A stretch of 40,969 bases of DNA from Coriobacteriales bacterium (GCA_031272005.1 JAISUQ010000029.1:1-40969), one strand, 5' to 3'. Positions 18,807 through 28,155 are shown, numbered from the stretch's first letter. Translations and numbers: made by a program. The notes: generated by a model from the letters alone, not told the origin.

Positions 18807-19730
18807 ATGACTGAGAAAAGCTACCCCAAAGTAACCGTCGTCGGCGCCGGCAACGTGGGTGCCAATGCCGCCCTGCTGCTGTTACTCAAGGACCTGGCCA
18901 ACGTGGCGTTGGTCGACGTGGTGCCCGGTGTGGCCGAAGGTAAGGCGCTGGACATCATGCATATGCGCTCCAACGAGCGCTTCGGGCCACGCATCTGCGG
19001 CAGCGAGGATTACGCCATCACGGCCGGCAGCGACATCGTGGTGGTCACCGCCGGTGTGCCGCGCAAGCCGGGTATGACCCGCGAGGATCTGCTCTCCGTG
19101 AATTCCGGCATCGTACGCTCGGTACTCGACGCTGCCCTGCCGGCCTCGCCAGACGCTATCTACGTCTTTGTCACCAATCCGCTGGACGTGATGGTCAACC
19201 TGGCCTTCTCCCTGGCTGGCCTGCCGGCCAATCGGCTGTTCGGCATGGGCGGTGTGTTGGATACCGCCCGTTTCATCTACGCCATCGCCCAGGAGACCGG
19301 TGCCGAGCCAGGTGACATCCAGGCCATGGTCATCGGTGCCCACGGCGAGGCCATGCTGCCACTGCCCCGCCTGGCCACCGTAGCCGGCCGCCCGCTGCCG
19401 GAAGTGGTGGATGCTGCTGCCATCCAGCGCATCGTTGAGGCCACCGTTCAGGGTGGCGCAGCCGTGGTCAACCTGCTGAAGACCGGCTCGGCCTTCTATG
19501 CCCCGGCCTCCTCCATCGCCCGCATGGTGGCCGAGATCCTCTCCCCCAGCGGCCAGACCCTCTCCGTCTGCGCCCGCCTGGCCGGCCAATACGGCATCGA
19601 GGGCACCCACATCTGCGTACCGGTGCGCCTCGGCAAAGCAGGTGTGGAGGAGATAGTCGAGCTTCCCTTGAATCCCGACGAGCTGGCCGCGCTGCAGGCC
19701 TCCGCCGCTGCCATCAAGTCCCAGCTGTAG
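18807..19730 (+). CDS. mdh: Malate dehydrogenase (LDH-like family)
   Basis: KVTVVGAGNVGA Rossmann motif. AGVPRKPGMTREDLL has Arg at the substrate-discriminating position, which is typical of MDH. GAHGE is present. Confidence 0.8.
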   Translation: MTEKSYPKVTVVGAGNVGANAALLLLLKDLANVALVDVVPGVAEGKALDIMHMRSNERFGPRICGSEDYAITAGSDIVVVTAGVPRKPGMTREDLLSVNSGIVRSVLDAALPASPDAIYVFVTNPLDVMVNLAFSLAGLPANRLFGMGGVLDTARFIYAIAQETGAEPGDIQAMVIGAHGEAMLPLPRLATVAGRPLPEVVDAAAIQRIVEATVQGGAAVVNLLKTGSAFYAPASSIARMVAEILSPSGQTLSVCARLAGQYGIEGTHICVPVRLGKAGVEEIVELPLNPDELAALQASAAAIKSQL

Positions 19731-20215
19731 TGTTAATCGGCATCCTCAGTGATACCCATGGCAGTCTGTCGCCGGGCGTCAAGCAGGCGCTGGCGGGGGT
19801 GGAGCACATCCTGCATGCCGGCGACATCGGCGGCCAATGGCTACTTGACGAGCTGGCCGAGATTGCCCCGGTGCAAGCCGTGCTGGGCAACTGCGACTGG
19901 AGCGGCGACTACCTCGACGTGCCCGAGTCGCAGAGCCTGCAACTGGACGGCTTGCGCATCTTCATGACCCATAAGCCAGCCGACCTGGAAGCCGCCCTGC
20001 GCGGCAGAGGCGCCATCGCCGCCGGTCAACCGCTGCCCAACATCGCCATCCACGGCCACACCCACATCCCCCGTCAGGAACACCAGGGCTCCGTCCTGCT
20101 CCTCTGCCCCGGTTCCCCCACCCGCCCCCGCGCCACCAGCCCCCCCAGCATCATGCTCCTGAAAACAACCCCCAGCCGAGTTGCTGCTGTTGAGGTCGTG
20201 GAAATAACAGCTTAG
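19730..20215 (+). CDS. YfcE/MJ0936-family metallophosphoesterase
   Basis: GILSDTHG, HAGD, GNCD and GHTH motifs. The GTG start overlaps the mdh stop by 1 nt. Confidence 0.85.
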   Translation: MLIGILSDTHGSLSPGVKQALAGVEHILHAGDIGGQWLLDELAEIAPVQAVLGNCDWSGDYLDVPESQSLQLDGLRIFMTHKPADLEAALRGRGAIAAGQPLPNIAIHGHTHIPRQEHQGSVLLLCPGSPTRPRATSPPSIMLLKTTPSRVAAVEVVEITA

Positions 20216-20231
20216 ATGCATCTGTTGAGCA

Positions 20232-20268
20232 TATAATATTGATATTCACACTGAAAGTGTTATTATCA
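20232..20268 (+). promoter_or_regulatory. Candidate -10 box plus imperfect inverted repeat upstream of abiEi
   Basis: TATAAT at 20232-20237. TGATATTCACACT-gaa-AGTGTTATTATCA at 20240-20268 has 11 of 13 arm positions complementary. No convincing -35 box was found. Confidence 0.35.
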
Positions 20269-20296
20269 GTAGATAAAACTCAACATAAGGACGAGC

Positions 20297-21100
20297 ATGG
20301 CTATTCAGGAGTACATCAATACACATCAGGTGTTCAACATTGCCGACTTGCGAAGCGGTAACAGCTTAAGCACTACCAATCTCAACCTACTGTCACGTGC
20401 TGTTGCCAATGGCAAGCTTGAGCGAGTACGCAAAGGACTTTACGTTTCGAAGACCGGGCGTTTTGAGGGCGCCGTTGCAGAACCTTACGACGTCGCCATG
20501 GCCGCAGTCGACGATGCTGTATTCTGCTGTCTATCTGCTCTGCAACTGCATGGCGTGCTACACAACACCATTTACTGGACACAGTTTTATACAAGACACC
20601 ATCTGCCTGTCTTCAGCTATGAAGGTCAGAGATACATCCCTATTTATAACAAGAGACAAAACATCGACCTGGATAGAGTCATGACCTTACGCGGCGGCAG
20701 TTATCCTGTAACTTCCAGAGAGCAGACGGTGCTTGATTGCCTGAGTAACGTGAATCGCGCTGCCGGAGCAGAGAATCTCCTGCGCTCTGTTGGAGGATTC
20801 GCCTATTTGGATGTTGCCCAGTTACTCAACCTTGCTGCCAGCTACAGCGCTGGCACACGTGCTCGGCTTGGATGGCTTTTATCTGTTAATAAGCAGATCT
20901 GGAAAGTCAGCGATACTCAACTCTTGAAGCTGCAGACAAGCATCGGTGCAGGGCCATACTATTTTGGCTCAAAACCAACAGCAAGTGCAGCTGGCTCAAT
21001 TGCCCAGTCAGAAGCAGCGCCCAAAACCACCTGGCAACCAACCTGGCGACTCTATCTGCCAACCGAGGAAGAGGAGATGACAGCATGGCTAAACCACTGA
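20297..21100 (+). CDS. abiEi: AbiEi-family type IV antitoxin / transcriptional regulator
   Basis: N-terminal wHTH (LLSRAVANGKLERVRKGLYV). The size and the 16-nt overlap with a downstream nucleotidyltransferase gene are typical of AbiE. Confidence 0.75.
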   Translation: MAIQEYINTHQVFNIADLRSGNSLSTTNLNLLSRAVANGKLERVRKGLYVSKTGRFEGAVAEPYDVAMAAVDDAVFCCLSALQLHGVLHNTIYWTQFYTRHHLPVFSYEGQRYIPIYNKRQNIDLDRVMTLRGGSYPVTSREQTVLDCLSNVNRAAGAENLLRSVGGFAYLDVAQLLNLAASYSAGTRARLGWLLSVNKQIWKVSDTQLLKLQTSIGAGPYYFGSKPTASAAGSIAQSEAAPKTTWQPTWRLYLPTEEEEMTAWLNH

Positions 21101-22035
21101 AGACGACACCCATTGACTTGTCTGGATTCAACCCGTCTGTGGCTAACAAAGTGAAACGCCTGGCGATTATCCTGAGCAGTATAACGCGACACCCTTTCTT
21201 AATGAGCCGAGTTTGTCTGCATGGCGGTACGGCGATAAACCTGTTCCTGCTATCGGCACCCAGATTGTCGGTCGATATAGACTTGAACTATATAGGCACT
21301 GTCGACTATGAAGAAATGTGGGATGAGCGCCCAGCAGTAGAGGAGGCAGTTATGGAAATTGCCTTGGAGCAGGGCTACGCTGTTACGATTGGAAAACAAG
21401 AGCATGCCGGCATGAGTTTCAAACTTCGCTACGAGGATCAGTATGGTGCCGATTTCATAAAAATCGACTTGGATTACCTGAATAGATCACCTCTCCTGTC
21501 GCCAGAAATACGCCAGATAGTTTTGGATGGTCAAGTGATGGCAGCTATTCTGACGAACTCAGCAATAGAACTGATCGGCGGCAAACTCAAGGCGCTGCTG
21601 AGCCGCGTCGTGCCGCGAGACCTTTATGATATCTGTCGTTTAGCAGAGCTATATCCTGCGCTCGTCAGCGATGGAGATGAGACGTTAATGCGACGTATCA
21701 TGATTTACTACTCAGTTCTGTCTGACCCATTCCCGAAGCCATTTGCGGTAGCCTCTCGTTTTCACGCCAAAGAGCGCGAAGTGCAGGACATACTTTATCC
21801 GATGCTCAGAGATGGCGAGCGCCCATTGCTTGCAGATATGATTGCCTGCGCCGAAGATTTCATTGCCATAACAACTACCCCAAAGGACGCAGCAGAGGAG
21901 GAATTCGTAGTAAAGGCTGCCAAGGCGCAACTTGATCCGTCGTTATTGTTTGACGATGCTCCGTCGATACTCCAAGCAGCGCTGGCAGACCCAGCCGCAA
22001 AATGGAAGATGCAGAATTTGGCCAAAGTCGTATGA
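21085..22035 (+). CDS. abiEii: AbiEii/AbiGii-family nucleotidyltransferase toxin (DUF1814)
   Basis: CLHGGTAINLF...RLSVDIDLNY NTase motif, followed by the LLSRVVPRDLYD motif. Confidence 0.8.
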   Translation: MAKPLKTTPIDLSGFNPSVANKVKRLAIILSSITRHPFLMSRVCLHGGTAINLFLLSAPRLSVDIDLNYIGTVDYEEMWDERPAVEEAVMEIALEQGYAVTIGKQEHAGMSFKLRYEDQYGADFIKIDLDYLNRSPLLSPEIRQIVLDGQVMAAILTNSAIELIGGKLKALLSRVVPRDLYDICRLAELYPALVSDGDETLMRRIMIYYSVLSDPFPKPFAVASRFHAKEREVQDILYPMLRDGERPLLADMIACAEDFIAITTTPKDAAEEEFVVKAAKAQLDPSLLFDDAPSILQAALADPAAKWKMQNLAKVV

Positions 22036-22215
22036 ATTCTACCATAGACGCTTCTGAAGTGATTGCTGCTGGCAGAACTTGTCTACGAGCATAATGTTGG
22101 CCAGCAACACCAGAAATGCTCTTCCTCAATAATAGCAATAATATTGTACAAAAGTAAATTAAATTGCGGCGAAAATGGGACAAAACGTTTAAAAAAGTAC
22201 AATAATCGTGGAGAA

Positions 22216-22689
22216 TTAGCTGGCTAGTTGCTGTAATTGCTCGGTGTTCAGGCGGTAGGTGGTCCAGTCGTCCATGGGTGTGGCTCCCAGGGAGAGGTAG
22301 AAGTCGATGCTGGGTTGGTTCCAGTCCAGGCAGGACCATTCCATGCGGCCGCAACCTTGCTCCAGGGCGCGTTGAGCCAGCTGGCGTAGCAGCCCTTTGC
22401 CCAGGCCATGGCCGCGCCACTGCGGTTGCACAAACAGATCCTCAATGTACAGGCCAGCCTGCCCCAGGAAGGTGGAGTAGTTGTAGAAGTACAAAGCAAA
22501 GCCTACCTCCTGGCCATCCACCAGCGCAAAGGTGGCTTCAGCCAGCTGCTTGTCGAACAGCCACTGCTCCAAGTCTTCTGTGGTGGCCACCACCTTATCC
22601 AGCAGGTGTTCATAGGCCGCCAGCTGCCGGACAAAGTCCAACACCAGCGCCACATCATCCCGCTGTGCCTGTCGATAACTGATTCGCAT
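22216..22689 (-). CDS. GNAT-family N-acetyltransferase (diamine/SSAT-like)
   Basis: The start MRISYRQAQRDD was chosen. The acetyl-CoA motif is VQPQWRGHGLGKGLL. Confidence 0.8.
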   Translation of the reverse strand: MRISYRQAQRDDVALVLDFVRQLAAYEHLLDKVVATTEDLEQWLFDKQLAEATFALVDGQEVGFALYFYNYSTFLGQAGLYIEDLFVQPQWRGHGLGKGLLRQLAQRALEQGCGRMEWSCLDWNQPSIDFYLSLGATPMDDWTTYRLNTEQLQQLAS

Positions 22690-22859
22690 ACCTGCCATTC
22701 TACCGTATTCGATTGTTTGCTCGTTCGCCACGACTGGCAGCTGCCACGACAGGCAGCGACTCCAGGCAGTTCAGTAATGGCGTTCATGGTAGAATGGGGC
22801 AAAACCTGAAGCGTATGCAAACAGGTTGCCACAATGCATTGCGGCAGGAGTTCAAGCGT

Positions 22860-23081
22860 ATGACCGGTAAAGACAACATAGCCACCATGATTAAGGTCGA
22901 GCAACTCGACCTGTTCAAGCAGGAACTTGGTCTTACTTACCGGCAGGCATCGGAGTACTTCGATGAAAACGGCATATGGCAGCTCATCGACGACTGCTAC
23001 GAGGGCTTTCACGTTCAAGGCCCCTGGGCTACCTTTGAGGACATCAACCAGTGCCTGGAAAACCGCAGGCAGAACCAATGA
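22860..23081 (+). CDS. DUF3791-like small protein (triad 2, first gene)
   Basis: VEQLDLFKQELGLTYRQASEYFDENGIWQLIDDCYEGFH parallels the 12269..12484 product. ATGA overlap with the next ORF. The start is uncertain (22860 or the Met 9 codons downstream). Confidence 0.55.
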   Translation: MTGKDNIATMIKVEQLDLFKQELGLTYRQASEYFDENGIWQLIDDCYEGFHVQGPWATFEDINQCLENRRQNQ

Positions 23082-23622
23082 TAGCCGACCAGAAAAACCT
23101 GACGTTGTACCACGCCAGCTTCATGGAGGTCAAAAAGGTAGATTTGTGTCTTTGCGGCAAACGCAGCGACTTCGGGCAGGGCTTTTATCTTACCACCAGC
23201 AATACGCAGGCTAGAAAGTTTTCAGGACTGCTGTAGGCAAAAGCGGGCGCACCCAGCGCTCCGGTTTTGTGAATCAGTATCTGTTCGCAGGTCTCGCAGA
23301 GCTGAACATTCTGGAGTTTGCATCTGCAGATAAAGACTGGCTCAACTGCGTCTGCGAATACCGCAGGAGGCGGAAAGCTGCAGAAGTCGAGCTGCCTTGG
23401 GATGTTTACGACGCAATGATCGGCAAAATTGCCAATGACGACACGATGGCTGTCATCAATGCATATCTCGGTGGCATACTCGGCTCATACGGCTCTGATG
23501 AAGCCGTCAGAATTACGATTGCCGCCCTCAAACCGGAGCGGCTGGAAGATCAGATTTGTCTGAAATCGTCAGCAGCCGTCAGCAGGCTGCAGTTCGTCAG
23601 TTCTGAGGAGGTGCTGATATGA
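23078..23622 (+). pseudogene. DUF3990-family gene disrupted by a frameshift
   Basis: Frame 1 gives MIADQKNLTLYHASF...DFGQGFYLTTSNTQARKF, then stops at 23234-23236. The homologous continuation (YLFAGLAELNILEF...KIANDDTMAVINAYLGG) is in another frame, open from 23215. The shift maps to the AAAGTTTT tract at 23215-23222. Confidence 0.7.
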
Positions 23623-23876
23623 CGCCAGACAAATACGATGCCGCTGCTCGCATCACTGTGAACATGGTGGCCGAGGAACTCTCGGTAAGGCACGGGTGGA
23701 GTCTGAATGAGGCTCTGTCGCGCATGACCAAAGCCGATCTTTATCCATCTCTGACCAGCAGCAGCACCAAACTTTGGATGGAGAACCCCCTCGATTTGGC
23801 AGACCTGTTCGACAAAGAGTTTGTCGGCGACGAGCTGACTATCGCCAACTTCTTCTACGGTGTTCCTGCTAACTAG
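23619..23876 (+). CDS. DUF3791-like small protein (triad 2, third gene)
   Basis: ATGA overlap with the end of the disrupted DUF3990 gene. VNMVAEELSVRHGWSLNEALSRMTKADLYPSL parallels 12960..13199. Confidence 0.6.
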   Translation: MTPDKYDAAARITVNMVAEELSVRHGWSLNEALSRMTKADLYPSLTSSSTKLWMENPLDLADLFDKEFVGDELTIANFFYGVPAN

Positions 23877-24174
23877 CACAAAATGATGCTCGCCTAAGCA
23901 GAACGCAACCGCTCCAACAAGCAGCTCAGCCAAAACAGATGTTTACGCTAATTTAGAATTCCCCCGGGGTACCGGTTGCGAAGTCTCCACTTCGCTGGTG
24001 AGGAATCCCCCTGTTAATCTCCCTACTGGATACACCGGTGGGACATGTCCAGATAACACAATATGTCATCCTGTTATGCGGCAGCCGTGCCAGAACACAG
24101 GATAGGACGAGAAAGGATGTTGAACATGTCCCTGCAAACCATTATACGACTACAATTGCAGTTACATATCCAGC

Positions 24175-24816
24175 TTGATTGTAGAAAAGGTGCCGTTTGC
24201 ATTCATTCTAAGCAGAGAAAAGGTGCGAAAAATTATAGTAAATTGTAAAAACGGTGCCAAGAAAGGTGCTCGCGGACGAGACTATGACTCTGCGCTCAAT
24301 TGGCTGTCAGCCTCCGAGATGGTTTTACAATGCAACTCGGTAGAAGCTCCCAAAATGCCATTGAAGGGCTATCTGGATGCAGGGGTCTTCAAGCTGTTCT
24401 TGAACGACCCCGGTTTGCTGGGTAATCTTGCGGATATTCGCTATCCAGATATCATGCTGAATAAGGCCTTCGAATACAAGGGCATGCTTACCGAAAGCTA
24501 TGTTGCAGGTCAACTGGCTGCAACAGGTATCCCTCTCCATTATTGGCGTGATGAGAAGAATAACGAGGTTGGCTTCCTGATCCAGACTGATGACTGTGTC
24601 ATCCCTGTTGAATGTAAATCCGGAACAAACAAAGTGAGTGCAAGCTTGAAGAGATACCAGGAGAAGTTTCGGCCGCCTTGGGTCATCAGGCTGATGGGAA
24701 ACAACTTCGGCTTCGTTAACAACGTCAAGACCATACCGCTCTATGCGGCATTCGCCGTGGCAGAACTTACTCGGCCAAGTCTGGAGTTACCTGATTTGAC
24801 AGGCCAGCGTTGGTAG
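24175..24816 (+). pseudogene. C-terminal fragment of an AAA_14/DUF4143-type ATPase gene (N-terminal ATPase domain missing)
   Basis: The product has only the DUF4143-like end (FKLFLNDPGLLGNL...SYVAGQL...LHYWRDEKNNEVGFLI...IPVECKSG). No P-loop region appears upstream in any frame. The usual EVDF acidic residue reads EVGF here. Confidence 0.5.
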
Positions 24817-24833
24817 GCTCTGGCTTTATCTAA

Positions 24834-26252
24834 TCAGCCAGCGAACAAATCGTCCAGGGTTATTTGGGACTGGATGTTATTGGCGAAGGCGTTGTGAGTT
24901 AAGCCATAGGTGGTAATCATCGTCTGGTGGATGGCGCTGCGAGTTGCGGTTTCGGAGATAAAGCGCTGGCGCCTGGCGGCCAAGTGTTCAGCATAGTCGG
25001 CGTCGATGCTGAATTCGGAGGTGGTGTATTTAATCTCGCAAAGGTTGATCACCTGGTCTTTACGGTTAATCACCAAGTCGATTTGCAGGGGAGAAGCACT
25101 GTTGGTTGAACGCCAGGAGCAGGCATTGGTGATAACCCCGGTGATTCCCAGGCAGGCCTTGATTTGTGGGATATGTGCCAGACAAAGGCGCTCAAAGGCA
25201 TGTCCGCACCAATTGCCGTGGGCGGGGTGCAGCAGGTAGTTGGTCCAATAATGCTCGTCCTTGGTGCGATTGCCTTTGACATAGCGCAGGTAATAGAGGC
25301 TGAAAAAGTCAACGAGGTGATAGTACTCACCATTGCGGCGTTTGTTATAGTCATCAATAGTGGAGATGAAGCCGCATTGCTCCAGTTCGCGCAGTGTACC
25401 AGACAAGGCCCCACCATCCGATATGCCACAGGCCTTGATGATCTCATGACGGCTCAAACCTGTGTTTTGAGTGCCCAGAGCTTCGATAATCCGGATATGA
25501 TTGCCTGCCGAGCGATACAGTGAGCGAAACAGGCGGTCGAACTCATTTTTCAGTGGGGCATTCTTTGCAAAGAACAAAGCATCAACGTTTTGACTCAAGC
25601 TCAGACCCTTATTCAGCAGTTCCAGATAATAAGGTATGCCGCCGAGAATCATATAGGCTTCGGCCAATTGATGGCGATTGAATACTACCCCGTGGCTGCG
25701 GCAGAATTCTTCGGTTTCTGCGAGGGTAAACGGCTCAAGTGAGATGCTGTGAGTAACTCGATTATGCAAGCCGCCGTAGCTGTCGATGAGGTTTTTAATC
25801 ATCCAGGAGGCAGCACTGCCGCAAACAATCAGCATGATGTCTGGGCGAGATGAGGCAAAAGAATTCCAGAAGTGTTCCAGGGCTGGCAAGAAGCCCGACT
25901 TGCGGGTGTCAAACCAGGGCAACTCGTCGATGAAGATGATCTTCTTCTCAGTGGTAGTCAGGGATGTGAGCTGTGACTCCAGTTGAGTAAAGGCATGCAA
26001 CCAACTGCGGGATGCCTGAATGTCGCCGGTAAAATACTTGTCAAGTGCCGCATCAAAGACTGCCAACTGGTCAGATTTGGAAACATTGGCTTCGGCAGTG
26101 ACGTAAAAAGTGAAGTGGTTGTTGAAATGCTCTTTGACCAGGTAAGTTTTACCAATACGCCGCCTGCCGTAAATTGCTAAGAAGACAGGACGCCCAGACA
26201 AAGCACACTCCTGCAGCAACTGCCGCTCGGCCTTTCTGCCAGTAATCTCCAT
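24834..26252 (-). CDS. AAA+ ATPase (Arch_ATPase-like) with wHTH and a C-terminal DUF234/PD-(D/E)XK-like domain
   Basis: MEITGRKAE...FLAIYGRRRIGKTYLV Walker A and IIFIDELPW Walker B. The C-terminal QIDLVINRKDQVINLCEIKYT is a D...E-x-K nuclease-like motif. Confidence 0.75.
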   Translation of the reverse strand: MEITGRKAERQLLQECALSGRPVFLAIYGRRRIGKTYLVKEHFNNHFTFYVTAEANVSKSDQLAVFDAALDKYFTGDIQASRSWLHAFTQLESQLTSLTTTEKKIIFIDELPWFDTRKSGFLPALEHFWNSFASSRPDIMLIVCGSAASWMIKNLIDSYGGLHNRVTHSISLEPFTLAETEEFCRSHGVVFNRHQLAEAYMILGGIPYYLELLNKGLSLSQNVDALFFAKNAPLKNEFDRLFRSLYRSAGNHIRIIEALGTQNTGLSRHEIIKACGISDGGALSGTLRELEQCGFISTIDDYNKRRNGEYYHLVDFFSLYYLRYVKGNRTKDEHYWTNYLLHPAHGNWCGHAFERLCLAHIPQIKACLGITGVITNACSWRSTNSASPLQIDLVINRKDQVINLCEIKYTTSEFSIDADYAEHLAARRQRFISETATRSAIHQTMITTYGLTHNAFANNIQSQITLDDLFAG

Positions 26253-26760
26253 ACTGCTCCAGTTCCTCTCGCAACAACAGGCGTAAGTCAGCAAGCTAAG
26301 CTACTTCGTAGTTTATCATATAAGTCGCTGAAATATTGATAATATTGGCCAATTCAGCGGATAAAAATAGCACAGCAATCTCAGAATATCACATAAAATG
26401 CCTGAAATGCCGCGAGTAAAACAAATATATCCCGCTGAAATAATTTAAAAAGGCGTATATCAGCGAAGAATATTAGCAATTACAAGTCCGTATGGCATCA
26501 ACACACACTTACGGATTCTGGTATCATTCGGATTGCCAAAACCTCATGGACTTCATTGCGAGGTCCTCATATGAACGTACGCGCAGAATGACATCTGCCT
26601 TCTAAAGACGTGCATATGAGCTCTTTGAGGTGTTTTGGCGACCATAGGTGGATGTCCTTCTTCTCGGGCCGCTGATGCTCGTCGAACACGAATCCACCAA
26701 TTGTGTAATTCTCTGGCAGTGCAGGTTTCATGTTGTAAAGCGGGCAAGGAGCATTGTTCG

Positions 26761-27840
26761 CTACCTGCGGCTCTTTTCTATCCAGAGTTTGAAGAATGGA
26801 TCCTCCAGAATGTAACTTTCAAGTTTTACGACCAGCCCCTTTTTGACCAGCGCTTTGAGGCTGCTGTAATAGGTGCTGTTTTTTGCAGGTTGTATATTGG
26901 CTGCGCCCAGCGCCAGCGAGACCAGTATACCCTGCTGGTTCTTATTCAGCTGGTTCCAGAGTTTTTCGTAGTTGTTGTCCTGCTCAGCTACGATGCTGCT
27001 GCATACGAGGGGCAACGTGTCGACATCGTAGTCGGTGTTTCTCAGGAATTCGAAGCACTTGTAAGACAGGAGTTGCGTGTAGTAAGGATGTGACTCGGTG
27101 AAAGCGACGATGTCTCTGGCAATCAGCGCCGCATGCTTGCTGATGTCTTGAAGGCCGCCTGCGACAAAGGATTCAAAATCGCTTTTTGGTATTCGCGCCA
27201 GGCGCATCAGCAGCCCAAAATGATAGAAAGGTGATTTCTTGGAGTTGAATATCTGCTCCATCATCGATTCTTCACTGCCGATGAAAACGTAATTGATGTT
27301 TTGCTGCATCTGCATGACGGATCTGAGCTTCTTGAACAACTGTGCATCGATGCTGGCTGCTTCCTGAAACTCATCGAGAATCACGATCGGCCTCTTCTTG
27401 GCGGTCGCCAACTTCTCTATCAAGGTGAATACATCTTCAAGGGAGGAGGTACTCTCCTTACCGATAGGCCTGAAATACACCGAGATAGCCCCGGTAGCCA
27501 TGTCGGTCTCGAAGGCCGGGCTGCCCCTCAACCCGGCCAGGTGTCGGCGGATGTTCTCAAATTTGTAGGCCTTCAGCACTTCTTTAAGCAGTTGGTTCGC
27601 AAAATCCGTAACACTGGTGGCGCTTTGCAGGTTCATATAAATCAGCGGACGTTTCGTACTCCTGGCGACATTGAGCGCCAGCGAGGACTTCCCATAGCGT
27701 CTTGGGCTGATGAGTACGATATGGTTGGCGCTGTTGAGCGCTTGCTTCAGCTCAGCTTTTTCGGTTGTGCGATCAGTGAAGAACGGGCCATCCACAACCA
27801 CTCCAAAGCGAAACGGGTTCAAAGCTGATGCCCGGCTCAT
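26761..27840 (-). CDS. AAA+ ATPase (Arch_ATPase-like) with a C-terminal wHTH and no recognisable nuclease domain
   Basis: NPFRFGVVVDGPFFTDR...VLISPRRYGKSSL Walker A and IVILDEFQE Walker B. The C-terminal YYSSLKALVKKGLV is wHTH-like. Confidence 0.7.
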   Translation of the reverse strand: MSRASALNPFRFGVVVDGPFFTDRTTEKAELKQALNSANHIVLISPRRYGKSSLALNVARSTKRPLIYMNLQSATSVTDFANQLLKEVLKAYKFENIRRHLAGLRGSPAFETDMATGAISVYFRPIGKESTSSLEDVFTLIEKLATAKKRPIVILDEFQEAASIDAQLFKKLRSVMQMQQNINYVFIGSEESMMEQIFNSKKSPFYHFGLLMRLARIPKSDFESFVAGGLQDISKHAALIARDIVAFTESHPYYTQLLSYKCFEFLRNTDYDVDTLPLVCSSIVAEQDNNYEKLWNQLNKNQQGILVSLALGAANIQPAKNSTYYSSLKALVKKGLVVKLESYILEDPFFKLWIEKSRR

Positions 27841-28023
27841 GCATTACTCCTTGCTTTTCGATAGGGGCTACGAAAATAATAATAGCAGAAAAATACGTAT
27901 ATATATACGAAAAAATATGTAGTTACGAAACTGGCATTCAAATGATCCCACGAAACCTTAGTTTGATCCCAGTTAAATAGAGGAACCTTGACCCATTTAA
28001 AAACCCAGACTCAGCTAGTGAGC

Positions 28024-28100
28024 ATTACAACGTATCGCAAAGAATTACAACGTATCGCAAATTATACAGAGAATTACAAAATATACAGAGAATCGCATGT
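28024..28100. repeat. Iteron-like tandem repeats (about 19-20 bp period)
   Basis: ATTACAACGTATCGCAAA occurs at 28024-28041 and 28044-28061. ATACAGAGAAT occurs at 28064-28074 and 28083-28093, interleaved with GAATTACAA. Confidence 0.85.
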
Positions 28101-28155
28101 TGTGTTGATTCGCGTATGTCGCGCTTCGCCCGGGCGGGCGGACCAGCCGGTGGGG

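Noticed and set aside
22216-22689. GNAT acetyltransferase as a TacT/AtaT-type TA toxin
   Set aside because: No adjacent small RHH or DUF1778-type antitoxin ORF is present. The sequence looks like a diamine/SSAT-type GNAT, and its GC content resembles the core genome.
23956-23976. Polylinker-like string GAATTCCCCCGGGGTACCGGT as evidence of cloning-vector contamination
   Set aside because: It does not match the pUC or pBluescript MCS order that I remember. No vector backbone features flank it, and the surrounding sequence is continuous with native-looking genes. It is kept only as part of the finding on the structured non-coding region.
26704-26717. GTAATTCTCTGGCA resembling the 35-bp inverted-repeat arm (GTAATTCTCTGCCA at 1403-1416)
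   Set aside because: Only 11 contiguous identical bases are shared and the flanks are unrelated. This is too short to call a third repeat copy without a genome-wide search.
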